Of a stretch of 64,000 nt of DNA, positions 37,684 to 51,133 are shown one piece after another (within the stretch, counting starts at the first letter, position 1; each line of letters starts with the position of its first letter). The position numbers were made by a program, and so were the translations under genes. The notes beneath the pieces were generated by a model, which had not been told where the DNA came from, made no database searches, and was given only the letters and a program-made list of their open reading frames with translations. This stretch comes from Perna viridis. Lineage: Eukaryota. The stretch lies in NCBI GenBank assembly GCA_037379345.1, contig CM074518.1, positions 29,946,001 through 30,010,000 of the forward strand, given 5' to 3'.

Positions 37684-37750
37684 ATGGCGACGACAACACC
37701 TGGGACTCCCGATCAATCGGAAGAAAAGGATAAAAGTAGAAAGCCAAAGG
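37684..37750 (+). CDS. TMEM30A: CDC50A exon 1
   Basis: [22 protein letters not shown]; context GCAATGG, donor GTAATT, phase matches exon 2. Confidence 0.85.
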
Positions 37751-40700
37751 GTAATTCTTCGGGCTTCTCAAATATATTGAGATAACAATTTTCAAATTTT
37801 TAAGTGGCATATAAATTAAACTTGAAAACACGACCATTCCACATGGCAGACTGACTCAGGAGTTCTATTTCCTCAACTTCAGATAATGTGAAATCATTAT
37901 ACTTTTGAACAGTGCAGTCGTCTTGAAAATTTTCGAGAACTAGTTAAAATCAAGAGTATCAATAGAAGGTACACTCTATGATTACATTAGCTCAACCTAC
38001 ACACAGTTTCTTTTAAGGTACATGTAACAAGCCGGGCTTCTCCCACTGGAAAGTTGTTGAAGACAAGCACGTCTCAATGTGTATCAGAACTCTCACTGTG
38101 TGTCAGAACACTGTAAAATTGAAATTTAAAGAGTAAAATGGCTGAACCCCTTTATTTCAGAAATTCAATTGTTCAAATTTTTGCAGTGGCTCCTTGTCCA
38201 TGCATTCATGGTTGGGGAGTCTCTACAGTTTAATCATTCACACATCTGGTTTGTGTCAGAAACATAGTCATAGGGTATAATGATATACATTATAAAATAT
38301 CCAAAATGTGACAGAAATTTTAAGAAAAAATTTTGCTCATTAAATTTTACAAATTGATAGTGCAATAAGCGAAATATTTCATGCATAATCATTACTACCC
38401 CAAGACTGTAGTGACTGAAAAAAATTGTTTAAAAAAACAATTTCCATATTAAATGGGTTCATTCACTAACACTACTTTCAGGCCTATTGTTTTGTTGAAA
38501 GCTCAATTTACAGGTACCTCCTGAAATTTTCTATATGGATATTCAAAATCTTAAATAATATCTGATTCCTATTATTCAGAAAATACAAGCTGTTGTGTCG
38601 TAACTGAGTTACAAATAGGTAAAAAAGTAATGCTTCTATGCAATTTTTAAATATTTTTTTACAAAAAAAGTGAGGATTGGGGGTAGATCTATTAATTTAT
38701 TTGACTTTGCACTGAATTCATATGAAATGAATTTTTGATGACGTAGGAGAGTTTGCCAATCTCATTAGTGATGTCATATTCACTAATTTGTATATCATTA
38801 AGTGTCAAATTGTTGGCAAATAAACAATTTAAAAGTTCATGATTAGAATCCCAATATTCCAAACTTTATAACTGTGTTATTTTATATCCAATTTTGGTTC
38901 TGTGCAATGTTTCATTTAGATAAAATAATTCATATCTTGTATGTGGATTAATAAATCTTTTACCTGAAAAATAAATTTGTAATGATATTTATTTGTAAAC
39001 CTCTATTTTCATATAAATTAATAATTAAAATCTCATGCACATAAAGTCTAATTACTGAATATATGTTTAAAAATTCCATGGATGAAAGAATTTTATTTGC
39101 AATTTTGGGAACCAAAATGGACAGGAATTTTTCAATTATCTTAAAAAATGAAAAAGTTATGATGATTTAAGTTGATGCCCCATGCCACTCGATGGATTTT
39201 TTGCCAATCAAAACCAAATCACAGGTGAGTGATCACATCATGAAAAACTCTCCTATTGTATTTTTATTTAAAAAAAAAGAAAGTAAAAAGGCTTTAAGTC
39301 TTGACTCTAGGGAAGAAAATGACATTATAACATTTGTTACACTTTGACTAAATACATGTATAAAGTGTTTTCAATAATTTTCGAAATAATGAAAGTAAAA
39401 ATCCTTTTTACTTATGCATATGCCAATATGTACTTTTTATTTTGGTTTTTATTAATTATTTTTATATTATTTTCAATTTAATCTTGGGTAAAAAATGGAA
39501 AACCGAAACCTTAACATTTATAATTTTTAACTTTTACTTTCTAAATTGAAAAATAAAAGAATTTGTCTGCATTCGAAGAAAAGCATAAAAATACTACTTT
39601 TTGTGATTTCATATATTTTTTTAACTACATTGTGTAAATGACTGTCCACTGTTCTGATATGTTCTTATAAGCCACAATAAAGACTAACAAAGTCAATATT
39701 CTTGTCACTCTTTTTATGATAAACCACTAAATTTATTTCTTCACATGTTTTGTGTCATAAAATTCTAAGCAATAACATTTCACTAATCACCTATTTAACT
39801 AAGCTACTTGTGCCTGTCCAGGCGAACAGGTAAAATTAACCTAGGAATTACCACAGCTATCTTTCAATTATCATAATAAATGAGTTGTATATTAGAAATT
39901 ACAGAGGTAAACTTCGAAGAGTTGTGCCAGGTAAGCCAGATATTGGAGGTATACCTGACATCTATCAGACTATGCTGCAAGCTGTACGGTTTTCTTGCCC
40001 TTTGTAACCTTAATCACATTCTGTTTATAGTTTAGCATGTTTCATACATGTACATGTATACTTTTTTCTGTAGTTACATGTAGCTCATTGGCCTAAAATG
40101 ACTTTGAGAGATTTGTTTTATAACTTAAACACCAGGTGGAAAAATACAATCTCTATTGATTACATGATTCTAATGACAGTAGTATAAACTACATTTTGTA
40201 TAGTAGGAGCAAGAGTCCATTTTTTAGTTATTGTTTTAGAAGGCTATAAAGACTATTTTTAACCAAGTGTACAAATACAGGCCCTCTTGAATCTCTAGTT
40301 CAATTATACATGTATTAGCAAATAAATATACCCCCAAAAAAAACTCTGCTTTTTTTTACATGTACATGTAGCAATTACTAATAGTACTCTTAAAGGATAC
40401 CCTTTCAGACACTTGAATGTTTAATCATGATAAGATTGTGCATAAAAGCCACTGAACAGCCATTAAAAACATTTAACAATTATAAAATATTGATTGAAAG
40501 TTTATCACACAGTGTACATTTAGTATTGGATGTTACATACATGTATGTACTCTGTCTTGATGTAACCTACGTGTAGAAGTTATCTCCATAACAAAATCAT
40601 TTATTTAGATCATGTTAAGCCCTTTCCAAGCCTTTGTTGATACATGTAAATGAATTTTCTACATACTTGTATCAGCCTATCTGAATCGAATACATGTACA

Positions 40701-43700
40701 TGTACAATGTATGTTCTTAGTACTAGTACTGTTTTAATAATCATAAACTTATATGTTTGTTTGGTCAAGTGAGAGAAGGAACTTTATTATACTAAATTAG
40801 CCTCAAGAACTACATCAGTGTACATTACATCCTATTCTTTACATGTACATGCTGTATTTTTATGTTTTTAGATACAAAATTCAAACAGCAAAAGTTGCCA
40901 GCCTGGCAGCCTATCCTCACTGCAGGAACTGTACTACCAGCGTTCTTTGCAATTGGCATTGCATTTATTCCTCTTGGTGTTGCCTTGTATATTACTTCTG
41001 AAGGAGTAAGTACTGAACTAACTTGTACTGAAAATGTCCATGTACATGTACAAATGCATAAGTTAATTTAAATACACACTATACATATACCATTTTATAG
41101 GAGGACTGCCCATCAGTATTGTAATTGGTAGTATGAAGTAGTTACTTGACTAAAGGAGTTTTTTTAAGCTGAATCAGTTTTTAACTGGGTTTGGGTTATA
41201 GCCAAGCTGTCTATAATTAAAGTTATCTATGTGTTGCATGGTACATGTATAATTATGTGTGGTGAAATAGTTACCTTGGTTACACATACATGTAATTATT
41301 CATAGTGTACTTGTATCATAGATGCCAACCTTTAGGATTTGTCCATAATTTTTAGGAATTTCAGGTAGAATACATGTATATGGTCATATAGTCAACAGTC
41401 ACAGATTACCAGTCATTTCTGGTTTAGAAAAGTATTCTGAATATTTAGAGGCTTCCCAGAGACTGTTTGAATACCGGTAATTGATTACAAACTGGAAAAG
41501 TCTAGGACCTTCCACTGTTGAAAGTAAATTTGAACTCCTGATCTTGTAACACTGAATTCTGATGTAACTAATTATAACCTTCCCTTTCACAGATCAACGA
41601 GTATTCCTATGATTATACGTTCTGTACAAGTACTGATAACAGTGGCCAAACATGTGCTGCCAAACTGGAGAATATTGGAACGAACAATACAGGATATGTG
41701 TGTTCATGCAATGTAAACTTCACCCTGGATAAAGACTTTGAGGTGAAATACAAGTCTTTTCACTTTAGCACGATGACTTTCACATTATACATGTACTGCC
41801 TGTAGTAGAGGGTGTTACACTCTAGTATCACACGAGGTAAATATATCACATGAGACGAAGTCGAGGATGATATATTTACAGAGTGTGATACAAAGCATAA
41901 CACCCTCTACTACAGGCAGTATGTGTTATATTATACTGAATATGAGAGTGTGATATATCGGGGATGATATATCGATCAACCAATCAATGTTCAGTGGGAG
42001 CGGGCCAAGTAAGGATGTGAAGGGATTAGACTAAAATAACTCTTTACCCATTACCCAATCAGAATTCAAGAGTTTTGTAGGAAGTATAATATATTGTTAT
42101 ATAGTTTCGTTTATAGGAAGTGCTAATATCTATTTATTTGTAATTTTAAAATATTTGACTTTCCTCTGTTGAGAACCAATATAAAACATGGTATTTTAAA
42201 TTTTAAACCATTAGTGCATTACAGTGAAATTTTATTGCTTTTAGTTCTCCTGTCATCCTATTACTATAATGCAAAATTTTAGAATGAGAAAGAATATTAT
42301 ATTAACAAGAGCTGTGGTAAACATTTACATTTTATTCAAAATTGATGTTCCTTCTGCCAATTTGATCTTCATAAAGATATGGACCATAGACCAAATGCAC
42401 ATTTGCCATTTTCCCCAAATTTACTAGAAGCTGGTTAATCATGGTCTTTACTAGACAAATATTGGATTTTGGAGTTCATGAATACAACACCATTCAAAGT
42501 ACATTGGAATTACACTTATCAATATCTCAAATTCCTCCATACCAATGTCTTATTAACAAAAAATCTACTTAGTTTTCCATTACCAATGTTCCCTTAGCAA
42601 GTTCTCCAAAATACCCTAATTTTACATCAGTTGAATGAAGAACTTTTGGTATTGAATGTTTGAATATAAAATTTCACAGAGACTTTATTTACAGTGTACC
42701 TACAACAATGTTTTAAATGTACAATTCTGTAAACATTGGAATTTTTGCAGTTGCTAAACTTTATGGTTTCTGTCAAATGAACATATTTGCTAGAATCTAT
42801 TTTCATGGTTTAAAAAAAAACAATTATTTTTTTTGTTTATAGTATTAAGAATCAAATTTGTAGGTACTATTTTTCTCACTTTTTTCCACTATGAAAATTA
42901 GTATGCTTACAGTTTTTAAAGATTTCCAGTGTTACTGGTTGTTTTGATCATTTTAATATTAATAAAGAAACCATGGTTTCCATGTTTTCCAGGTCAAATA
43001 TTATTATATGATCCCTGTATAAAAAGAATGATAATTCACACTGAAATAAATTTGATAATTTCACTTACTGTCTTTGTCCCGCCAAAAGGTCACAATGCCA
43101 ATATCAGTATCTTGATTAAAGAATTAAAAATTTATGTAGAAAATATTTAAATTTTGGAGAAAATTTGTACATTAAATATTAAAATTAATTGGGTTTCATG
43201 AATAACCAAAATACATATGTATAATTACTCATTCCAAGATCACATAAAGATTTAACTTTTCCGCACTTGTTAAATCTACGCGTTCTTCGGCACTCATGAT
43301 CATATTTTGGTTATTCACTCTCCAATTAATTATCCTATTAATCTTTGAATACAACAATAAATTATAGAAAAAAATCTATTTTGATATCAACAGGTAGTGA
43401 AATGGTAGTCATAACTTATCAATCTACAAGTGCTCATGCCGAAAACACTTACAGATTTTAGCTTTTTAACATAACTTGCTCTGTCAAGGGTTTGGTTTAT
43501 TCAACCCTCATGTTTACATTTGAAATAGTCACTTTTTCTTATGAATTATTCTATAGTTTAATTTACATGGGTACTTGCAGTTTAAGTTCCATGTAGTGCA
43601 TTGTACATGTAATTTAAAAACATCTTGTATAATCTCTTGTTCCTATTTGGTAAATTTAAGTCTGGCATGAATTGTTTTAAACTGATGGAAATATATGGAA

Positions 43701-46700
43701 TTTTGTAAAAGGAAAATTATGAAATTTATGGTTCTGGTTTGTAGCTGAAACTGTTCAAGGCAGAGGCCAAAGGTGAAACTTGGTCAGGTCTATGCTGGTG
43801 TAAAAATTATATGAAATTTCACATACACATTTTACTCTATAAATGCAATCCAATGTAACTTAGTTTTTTTTTCTTTTAGGGAGAAGTCTATCTGTATTAT
43901 GGGCTGCAGAACTATTTCCAAAATCACCGACGTTATGTACGTTCCCGTGACGACAACCAACTTCATGGAGAAACTGTCTCAGAGTCTAGTTTGAACACTG
44001 ACTGCAAGCCATTCCTGAAAAAAGATCTGAATTCAAGCTACTCGTTACCAATAGCTCCCTGTGGTGCAATTGCTAACAGTCTTTTTAATGGTAAAAATGT
44101 ACAATGTAGATAAATCCTTTTATGCTAGGCTGGCTGTAATATTGAAATTCTTGTAGTATTTTTATGACCCCACGACAAACAGTCAGGAGGCATATTAATT
44201 TACCCCTGTCCGTTTGTCCACCTGTCCATCCGGATTACACATGATCGTGCTTGTCTGACTTTCTCCTTCGTACAGTTTTTGAACTACATCTAAAATATTT
44301 TACAGGATATTTCTACACATAAGGAAGGTGTGCAGGGCCTAAGGATTTTGATTTTCGTGAAATATTATGGAAATTGGTGATAGACTTAGTCATTTTACTC
44401 AGAAATATAAGGATCATGGCTTGTCCGACTATCTCCTCGTACAGTTTTTGAACTAGATCTAAATTATTTTACAGGATATATTTATACATGATGAAGGTGT
44501 GCAGTGTCAAAGGATTTGATTTTCCTGAAATATTTCGGAAATTGGTGATAGTTAGACTTAGTCATTTTCATCAGAAATATGGCTATATGGCTTGTCCATC
44601 TATCTCCTCCTGTTGTATTTGAACAACATCTAAAATATTTTTTGCAGGATGTTTCTACACATAATGATGGTGTGCAAAGTCAGAGGATCTTGATTTTTGT
44701 GAAATATTACGAAACTGGGTGATAGTTGAACTTCTTGATTTTTGTTAGAAATATACCCGAAGCAACAAAGTTGTGGATTTGTTATTGGGGTATTAATATT
44801 TTTTATGTGTCTGTCAGTCCGTCCATCAGTCCTCTTTTTCTTATTGTAGGTATTTTTGCAGTGCTTAGCCTAACATACCAAATATTTACTGCATCAACCA
44901 ACTATACATAACCTTTCTGATTCTGCAAACCATGTCTTCATACAATAATAAACATGTTCTTAATTTGGCAAATCTAGTGAGTGGGGCATCATTAGTGTTT
45001 TACAGAAACATTTGATTTATTAAAAAAAATCGCTATTAACAAATGACACGGGAGCTCCTGTGACAAACAGGGCTTCTAGTTGTTTGATACATCAACTTAA
45101 AAAATTTACTTCTAATTTGTCTATTTGGGTTATGGTTATCAATATTAGATACACTTTATATACATGTACAGCAAGTAAGTCTACATGTATTTTTTCCTAT
45201 TTTCCGGTACATTAAAGCCTGTCATAGGAAAACCTAATTTAGACTGAAGAATGTCTTCACTTTAGACAAGTGTTTGGTATACTCAGGTTTTAAATATACT
45301 TTAAAACAGGTATACTGTGACTTAAGATAAAATGTCTGATATATACAGTGTACATGTACATGTATCATAGTTAATCAGTTACTCAGGTTTCAGTTACTTG
45401 CTTCATATTTTAATTAATTCCATGTTATTATGCCCCCGCGACAATCTGTCAGGGGGCATATTAATTTACCCCTGTTTGTCCACCCTTCCGGATTACACAT
45501 GATCATAGCTTGACCGGCTATGTCCTCGTACAGCTTTTGAACTACATCTAAAATATTTTACAGGACATTTCTACACATGATGAAGGTGTGCAGGGCCAAA
45601 TGATTTTGATTTTCGTGAAATGTTATGGAAATTGGTGATAGTTAGACTTAGTCATTTTACTCAGAAATATAAGGATCATGGCTTGTCCAGCTGTCTCCTC
45701 GTACAGTTTTTGAACTAGATCTAAATTATTTTACAGGATATTTCTACACATGAGGAAGGTGTGCAGTGTCAACTTTGATTTTTCATGAAATATTACAGAA
45801 CTGGGTGATAGTTAGACTTTGTTATTTTTGTCAGAAATATTTCCCAAGCAACAAAGTAAGGGATTTGTTATAGGGAGTATTAAAATTAAAAAAAAAAAAT
45901 CATTACTAACAAATGAGGCGGGGGCTCCTGTGATATCTTCTTAATTTTACTACATGCATTTCTCTATTTCTCTACAGATACATTTGAACTGAAGTTTGGA
46001 ACAGAGTCAGTGACACTTTTAAATACTGGTATTGCATGGGTCTCAGACAAAAAAGAAAAGTTTAACAACCCATCAAGTAAGTGATCAAGTTAAAGTTACA
46101 TGTATTTAGTTATTGAAAATATGGATTAATTACCATACTTGTAAAATATGCAATTTCCCAAAATTTAGGCATGGAGTTTATAGAGGAAACTATTTGGCTG
46201 CCCCTTTAAATAATGTTGTTTTAGGGCCAGCTGCAGCCTGCTAAGTGGTGTGAGGGTTTCCTCATAGCTCATTGAAGAACTGTGGCCTTGAGCTGAAATT
46301 TGTCATCCCAGTGGAGTTGTTGTCTCTTTGACATATTCACCATATCCATTCTCCTTATATTTGAAGCTGTCTCTCATGTAATCTGTGATTTAGGATTTTT
46401 CATTGATTACAACTTTCAACAGGGAAGTGAGGATAGAAAAGTTACTTTCCCTGATTAACTTTTAACTCTCCCTGATTTTGATAAAATATCAAAGTGAATA
46501 AAAAAAATTAACTTAACTCAGTTTAATTGGCTGAATTACATATGTGAAAATAGGTTATAGTATGGTAAAAGAGTAGGGAAATTGGGTGGCAAAATTATTT
46601 TCATAACACTTCTCTCAGCTTAGACTTCTAATGCAACCTCTCGATATTTGGTATCTAGCATCAGGTACAGGTCCCATATTTAGGGATCCGATTTCAGGCC

Positions 46701-49700
46701 TGTCTGACATCTACTTCATGTTAAAAAAGCCATTTCTGTCTTTGATCCATATTTGATGATATTATTTGTTCTTTGTCCTCCTCTTAGGCTCCATTGTCCT
46801 TTTTTTTTTTTTCTCTAGGAAGAGCAATGAATTGGCTTTTTACAATATTAAGTGAATGCACACTTTTCTAATTACTTGCTTAACTTCTTATTCTATCTGT
46901 AGCTTGGAATGGCTTTACTAACCCTCCTAATTGGAACAATAAGATGGTCCAGAATTTGGATGTTAATAACTCTGCCAATACTGGGTATGAAAATGAGGAC
47001 TTGATTGTATGGATGAGGACAGCTGCCTTACCCAACTTTAGAAAGTTACATAGAAGAATCCAACCTAGTGGAACATTTGCAAATGGACTTCCAAAGGGAT
47101 CGTACACCATGAATATCTCTTATTGTAAGTTCCTATTATCATTATGGACAGATGGATTCTTCCTTAGGCTGTTCCATTAAAAGATATGAGGTACTCAGGA
47201 AGGCTTTTATTAACGAGGGGAGTCACCCACCAGTATACACAAAATAAAATGTACATGTATGCAGATTCAGAGTTCATTTCAGAAAATTGCAAAAGGGGGT
47301 CAGTGGGCCTCTTGACAGCAAAAGAGGGGGTCATTTTCAGTATAAAGGGGGCCAATATGACAGTAATATAAGGGGTTATTTTTACATAACAGGAAAGATT
47401 CAACCAACAAATAAGTTCACCTCAGGTTTGTATATACTTTAAAGTTTCATTTTAGGTGAGAGGTAACAGAGATACATGAACTCCAAATGAATAAAAAGAA
47501 TTACTTGTACATGTTGTTCTTTTATTATAGCACTGTATTGATTGAAATTGTAAGTCAGTACGATGTTGCAGCTCCACTTAGAATCTTTCTGTTCTTATCG
47601 TATCCAACCTGGCCCAGGACAATGGACAGATTCATCTTCACTCGAAATTCTCGACTCTATGTTCGCCAGCCATGTCCGTTTGTTTTCAGTCAGTCGGCTG
47701 ATCTGAAATTTATTGGGTCCCATTAATTGGATTAGGGGAAATGATTGTGTCCCCTGCACACCGCCTGCAGTCGTGAAATCATGAAATCGTTTTTGACATG
47801 CTAAAAGTTTTAACTTATGCTTCTCGTGTTTACTATGAAACGGTCAAGTCCATTAGGCTTTTAAATGACAGATATGCGTCGGGAAACAGAACTAAAAAAA
47901 AATCTGGAAATTTAGAGATCGACGTACGAAATACTGTGAGGCCACTGGGCCCACATGCCACACCTTTTGTGTGCCTTGCATAAAATATCTGCACCAATCA
48001 TTGAATGGTGCAAGGATGTGGTCTGGAATGAACATTGACTTACCACAAAAGGAAATTTGTGATTAGCTTAGGGGTTGTGACTTGTCCTGTTTTCTGGGCA
48101 AAACTTGAATCATCTTTTATGAATTAAATTGTTCTTTCAGCCTATCCTGTGACGTCTTTTGATGGCAAGAAATTATTCATTTTATCTACAACATCTTGGT
48201 TAGGAGGGAAAAATCCATTCCTGGGTATAGCCTACATAGTTGTTGGAAGTATTTGTATACTGCTAGGAGGAGTCTTCCTCGTTATACATATCAAATATGG
48301 TAAAAAGTAAGTGCTTTCCATTGATGGCTGTAGTTCAATAATTTCTAGTGTGATTATATTTTATTTGTGTAGGCTCTCAGTTACTCTACCAAGAAAATTC
48401 TTGAATATATGGATGTTTGTTTTGGGTAAAATACAGTATTTATATCAATAGATGGAGAAAACATTAAAGAAATATAAACCAAAGTAATCATTTGTTGTTG
48501 GTTTACACATGAAATTCAACCAATTTTTTTTTTAAAACTGTGAATATATTCATTCATTGCACAACATTCACATCAAACTTGTCCTCAATAAAGAGGGATA
48601 CTTTCTTATTTTCTGCACAAGTGTCCACTATTTTAAACACAAGAAAAACAGATGTCAATTTTAACGATATTGATAATGATCCACAGTACTTTTATAATGA
48701 TTGTCAACTTTCACTGACCAAGGAAAGTGGTGTACATGTATTTTAAATTAAAAGCTTAGATGATGGACTCAAGAACTCAGGGGGAGGTAGGGGTAGAATT
48801 TGTAAAAAAATAACTTTCATGTAAAAAAATGATTTTTATTTCCATTAAGAGGGAGTGTATATCCGGCACACTTTATCTTGTATCTGCACCTGCCCTTGCA
48901 TCTTTGCATTTTCTTCTAATAAATGAGAATTCTTGTATTTTCAGCTCATGTGGCCAAAGGCCATGTGAGCTATTGCCATCCCTTGGCATCTGTCGTCGTT
49001 AACAATTATTCAAAACTCTTCTCCTCTGAAACTACTTGGCTGATTAGAACCTAACTTGGTATAAATGTTCCTTGGGGTATCCTGCATAGAACTGAAGTGG
49101 GGATTTTTGATTCATCGAAAAACATGGCCGCTGTTATTAAAAATAGAACATAGGGGTCAGACAGTAGTTTTTTCAAATTTATATCTCCAAAACCGTTAGG
49201 TTTAGCTAAATTTTGACAGAATAAAAGTGTTCAGCATGATGAGATCTATCTCTGGTTAAATTTTGGTTTTAATCCGTTAAGCCGTGTTGGAGTTATTGCC
49301 CTTTTTCAACGATTTTTGCTATTTTTAATGTTGTTTCTTTCAAAAATCTTCTCCTCTGACACTACTTGACCAATTGAGACCAAACTTGGTACAAATGTTT
49401 TTTGGGGTATCCTGCATAGAAATGATGTGCAGATTTTTGATCCATCAAAAACATGGCAGCCGTTACTAATAATAGAACATAGCGGTCAGACAGTAGTTTT
49501 TCGCATGTATCTCCAAAACCGTTAGGTTTAGCCAAATTCTTTCAATAGCTGAAATGATCCTTATTATTAGGACTATAAAAGTCTTCAGGGATAAAAGTTG
49601 TCAGATGACTCCTTGTAAGAGTTATTGAAAGGGAAAAATGCCTTTTTTTTAACAGTTTTCAGTCAATATCTTGATAACTGTGATAAATTAAAAGAAACCT

Positions 49701-50084
49701 TCAATTGATGAAATGATCCTTATGATAAGCCCTACCAAAGACTTCTTGAGTTGTTGGACAACTTCTTGTTAAATTTATTGCTTTTGAAAGGCAAAATTCA
49801 ACCAGGTGGGTGATTCAGGCTCCTGGGAGCCTCTTGTTTTAAAAGTTACTGTAATATACAAGTACATGTATTTCTTAATTAAGCACATTTATGAACCAGT
49901 ATGTATTCTAAGAAGACAATTGATGTGTGTACACAAAATTCTTAAAAACATACATGAACATGTATTGTATACATTTACGTAGATACACACTACATATATC
50001 ACTTTTTATTATTCTATTATGAGTGTTTTTTTTCCATTTAGACCAACTGACATGATCAACGTGAGTAGTAGAACCCCTTTCTGA
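37684..50084 (+). CDS. TMEM30A: CDC50A / TMEM30A, P4-ATPase flippase beta subunit, 8 coding exons, 363 aa
   Basis: Exons 37684-37750, 40872-41005, 41593-41742, 43880-44090, 45978-46076, 46903-47124, 48141-48306, 50042-50084; 1092 nt, open frame. CDC50 motifs [84 protein letters not shown]. Confidence 0.96.
40872..41005 (+). CDS. TMEM30A: CDC50A exon 2 (TM1)
   Basis: [45 protein letters not shown]. Confidence 0.95.
41593..41742 (+). CDS. TMEM30A: CDC50A exon 3
   Basis: [13 protein letters not shown]...[14 protein letters not shown]. Confidence 0.92.
41794..41921. repeat. 128-bp imperfect palindrome
   Basis: Perfect 24-bp arms TACTGCCTGTAGTAGAGGGTGTTA plus inner arms GTATCACAC and GTAAATATATCA. 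Confidence 0.9.
43880..44090 (+). CDS. TMEM30A: CDC50A exon 4
   Basis: [28 protein letters not shown]...[11 protein letters not shown]. Confidence 0.95.
44160..45081 (+). mobile_element. HINE-type element with about three ~170-bp core repeats
   Basis: TTTTATGACCCC..GGCATAT hairpin, GTCC seed, units near 44250, 44420 and 44591. Confidence 0.7.
45426..45935 (+). mobile_element. second copy of the same HINE family, about two core repeats
   Basis: TATGCCCCC..GGGGGCATAT; homologous to 44160-45081 including the 3' GCTCCTGTGA end. Confidence 0.7.
45978..46076 (+). CDS. TMEM30A: CDC50A exon 5
   Basis: [33 protein letters not shown]. Confidence 0.93.
46903..47124 (+). CDS. TMEM30A: CDC50A exon 6
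   Basis: [10 protein letters not shown]...[23 protein letters not shown]. Confidence 0.95.
48141..48306 (+). CDS. TMEM30A: CDC50A exon 7 (TM2)
   Basis: [38 protein letters not shown]. Confidence 0.95.
48941..49838 (+). mobile_element. Helentron-associated non-autonomous element (HINE-type) in CDC50A intron 7
   Basis: 5' hairpin AGCTCATGTGGCC-AAA-GGCCATGTGAGCT, GTC microsatellite seed, internal diverged repeats, 3' hairpin AGGCTCCTGGGAGCCT, T-rich flanks. Confidence 0.75.
50042..50084 (+). CDS. TMEM30A: CDC50A exon 8 (stop)
   Basis: [13 protein letters not shown]; phase 2 matches exon 7; AATAAA near 50253. Confidence 0.8.
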
Positions 50085-50921
50085 AGGACTAATTTGAGCT
50101 GGTCTCGAATGATATTATGACTGATGGATGGGCTGTATATGGTGAAAAACAACAGTCTGAGTAGTTCTAGTAGGACAGTCTAAACTTTAACTAAATTTTA
50201 ATAATGCTCAATTTTAAAAATGCTGACCCAAGAGCCATAAATTTAAAGTGAAAATAAAAACACTTTAATGTTGGTAATATGTTTATCACTTTTAACATGG
50301 CTGTGGTCTAAAGAGATATGAAGCACATCATATTAGAATAGATACTTATGAATACCGTAATATTTCATGTACTTATACATTTGTATAAAAATTATTTCAC
50401 ATATGTTAATGAGTACAAATTAAATTAAACTTAAACGTATAATTACATTTAGCAAAATGAGAATTTTTTTTAATAATTGAAAACATAAACTAATTTCTGA
50501 AGATTTTATTAAGCAATTTTCTATCAGAGTATATCTGTTCTATGTATTTAAACTATTGTTATAGGCTATATATCAAGGCTTTTGAAATTAAAACAAAATT
50601 AGCGGTGAAATCCATTTTTTGATTGAAATCTTTACTGATATTCATTCTACAATTATGTCTTTGTGTATGATGTATCTTATAACATGTGCGTTTTTAATGA
50701 TTTTCTTTCCATTAAGTGTTGTTATGTTGATATTCTACTATTTTACAATCTGTCCTATTAGTACATTTGTATCTTCAAATCTCTGTCATCAAATTGAAGT
50801 AAAAAATTACTCATCAAACCAGTGGCAAAAATATGTTCAAATAAATTTCATGTGAATTACGCTTGAAATAGGCATATTGTTTAAAAAGTCTGTGTCTTCA
50901 TTTAATATTTGTATGATTTGA

Positions 50922-51133
50922 GGAGGTAGACCTAGGGTAAGGGACGCAACTCTCAAAATTCATTGGAACGTTTGTATTCAGCATTTTACATCAATCTCAT
51001 ATAAGTGTCAAAGTATCTTGGACTGATTTCGTTCTATTTCATTTGGAAGCTTGATGGGCTTTGGTGAAATTGAATATGATACAAGCATATCTCTGATTTC
51101 AAGAGTTATGTCCCTGACCCCAGGTCTACCTCC
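50922..51133. mobile_element. MITE with ~30-bp TIRs at a TTAA-type site (Kolobok-like)
   Basis: GGAGGTAGACCTAGGGTAAGGGAC ... GTCCCTGACCCCAGGTCTACCTCC; flanks TTGA and TTAA. Confidence 0.75.
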
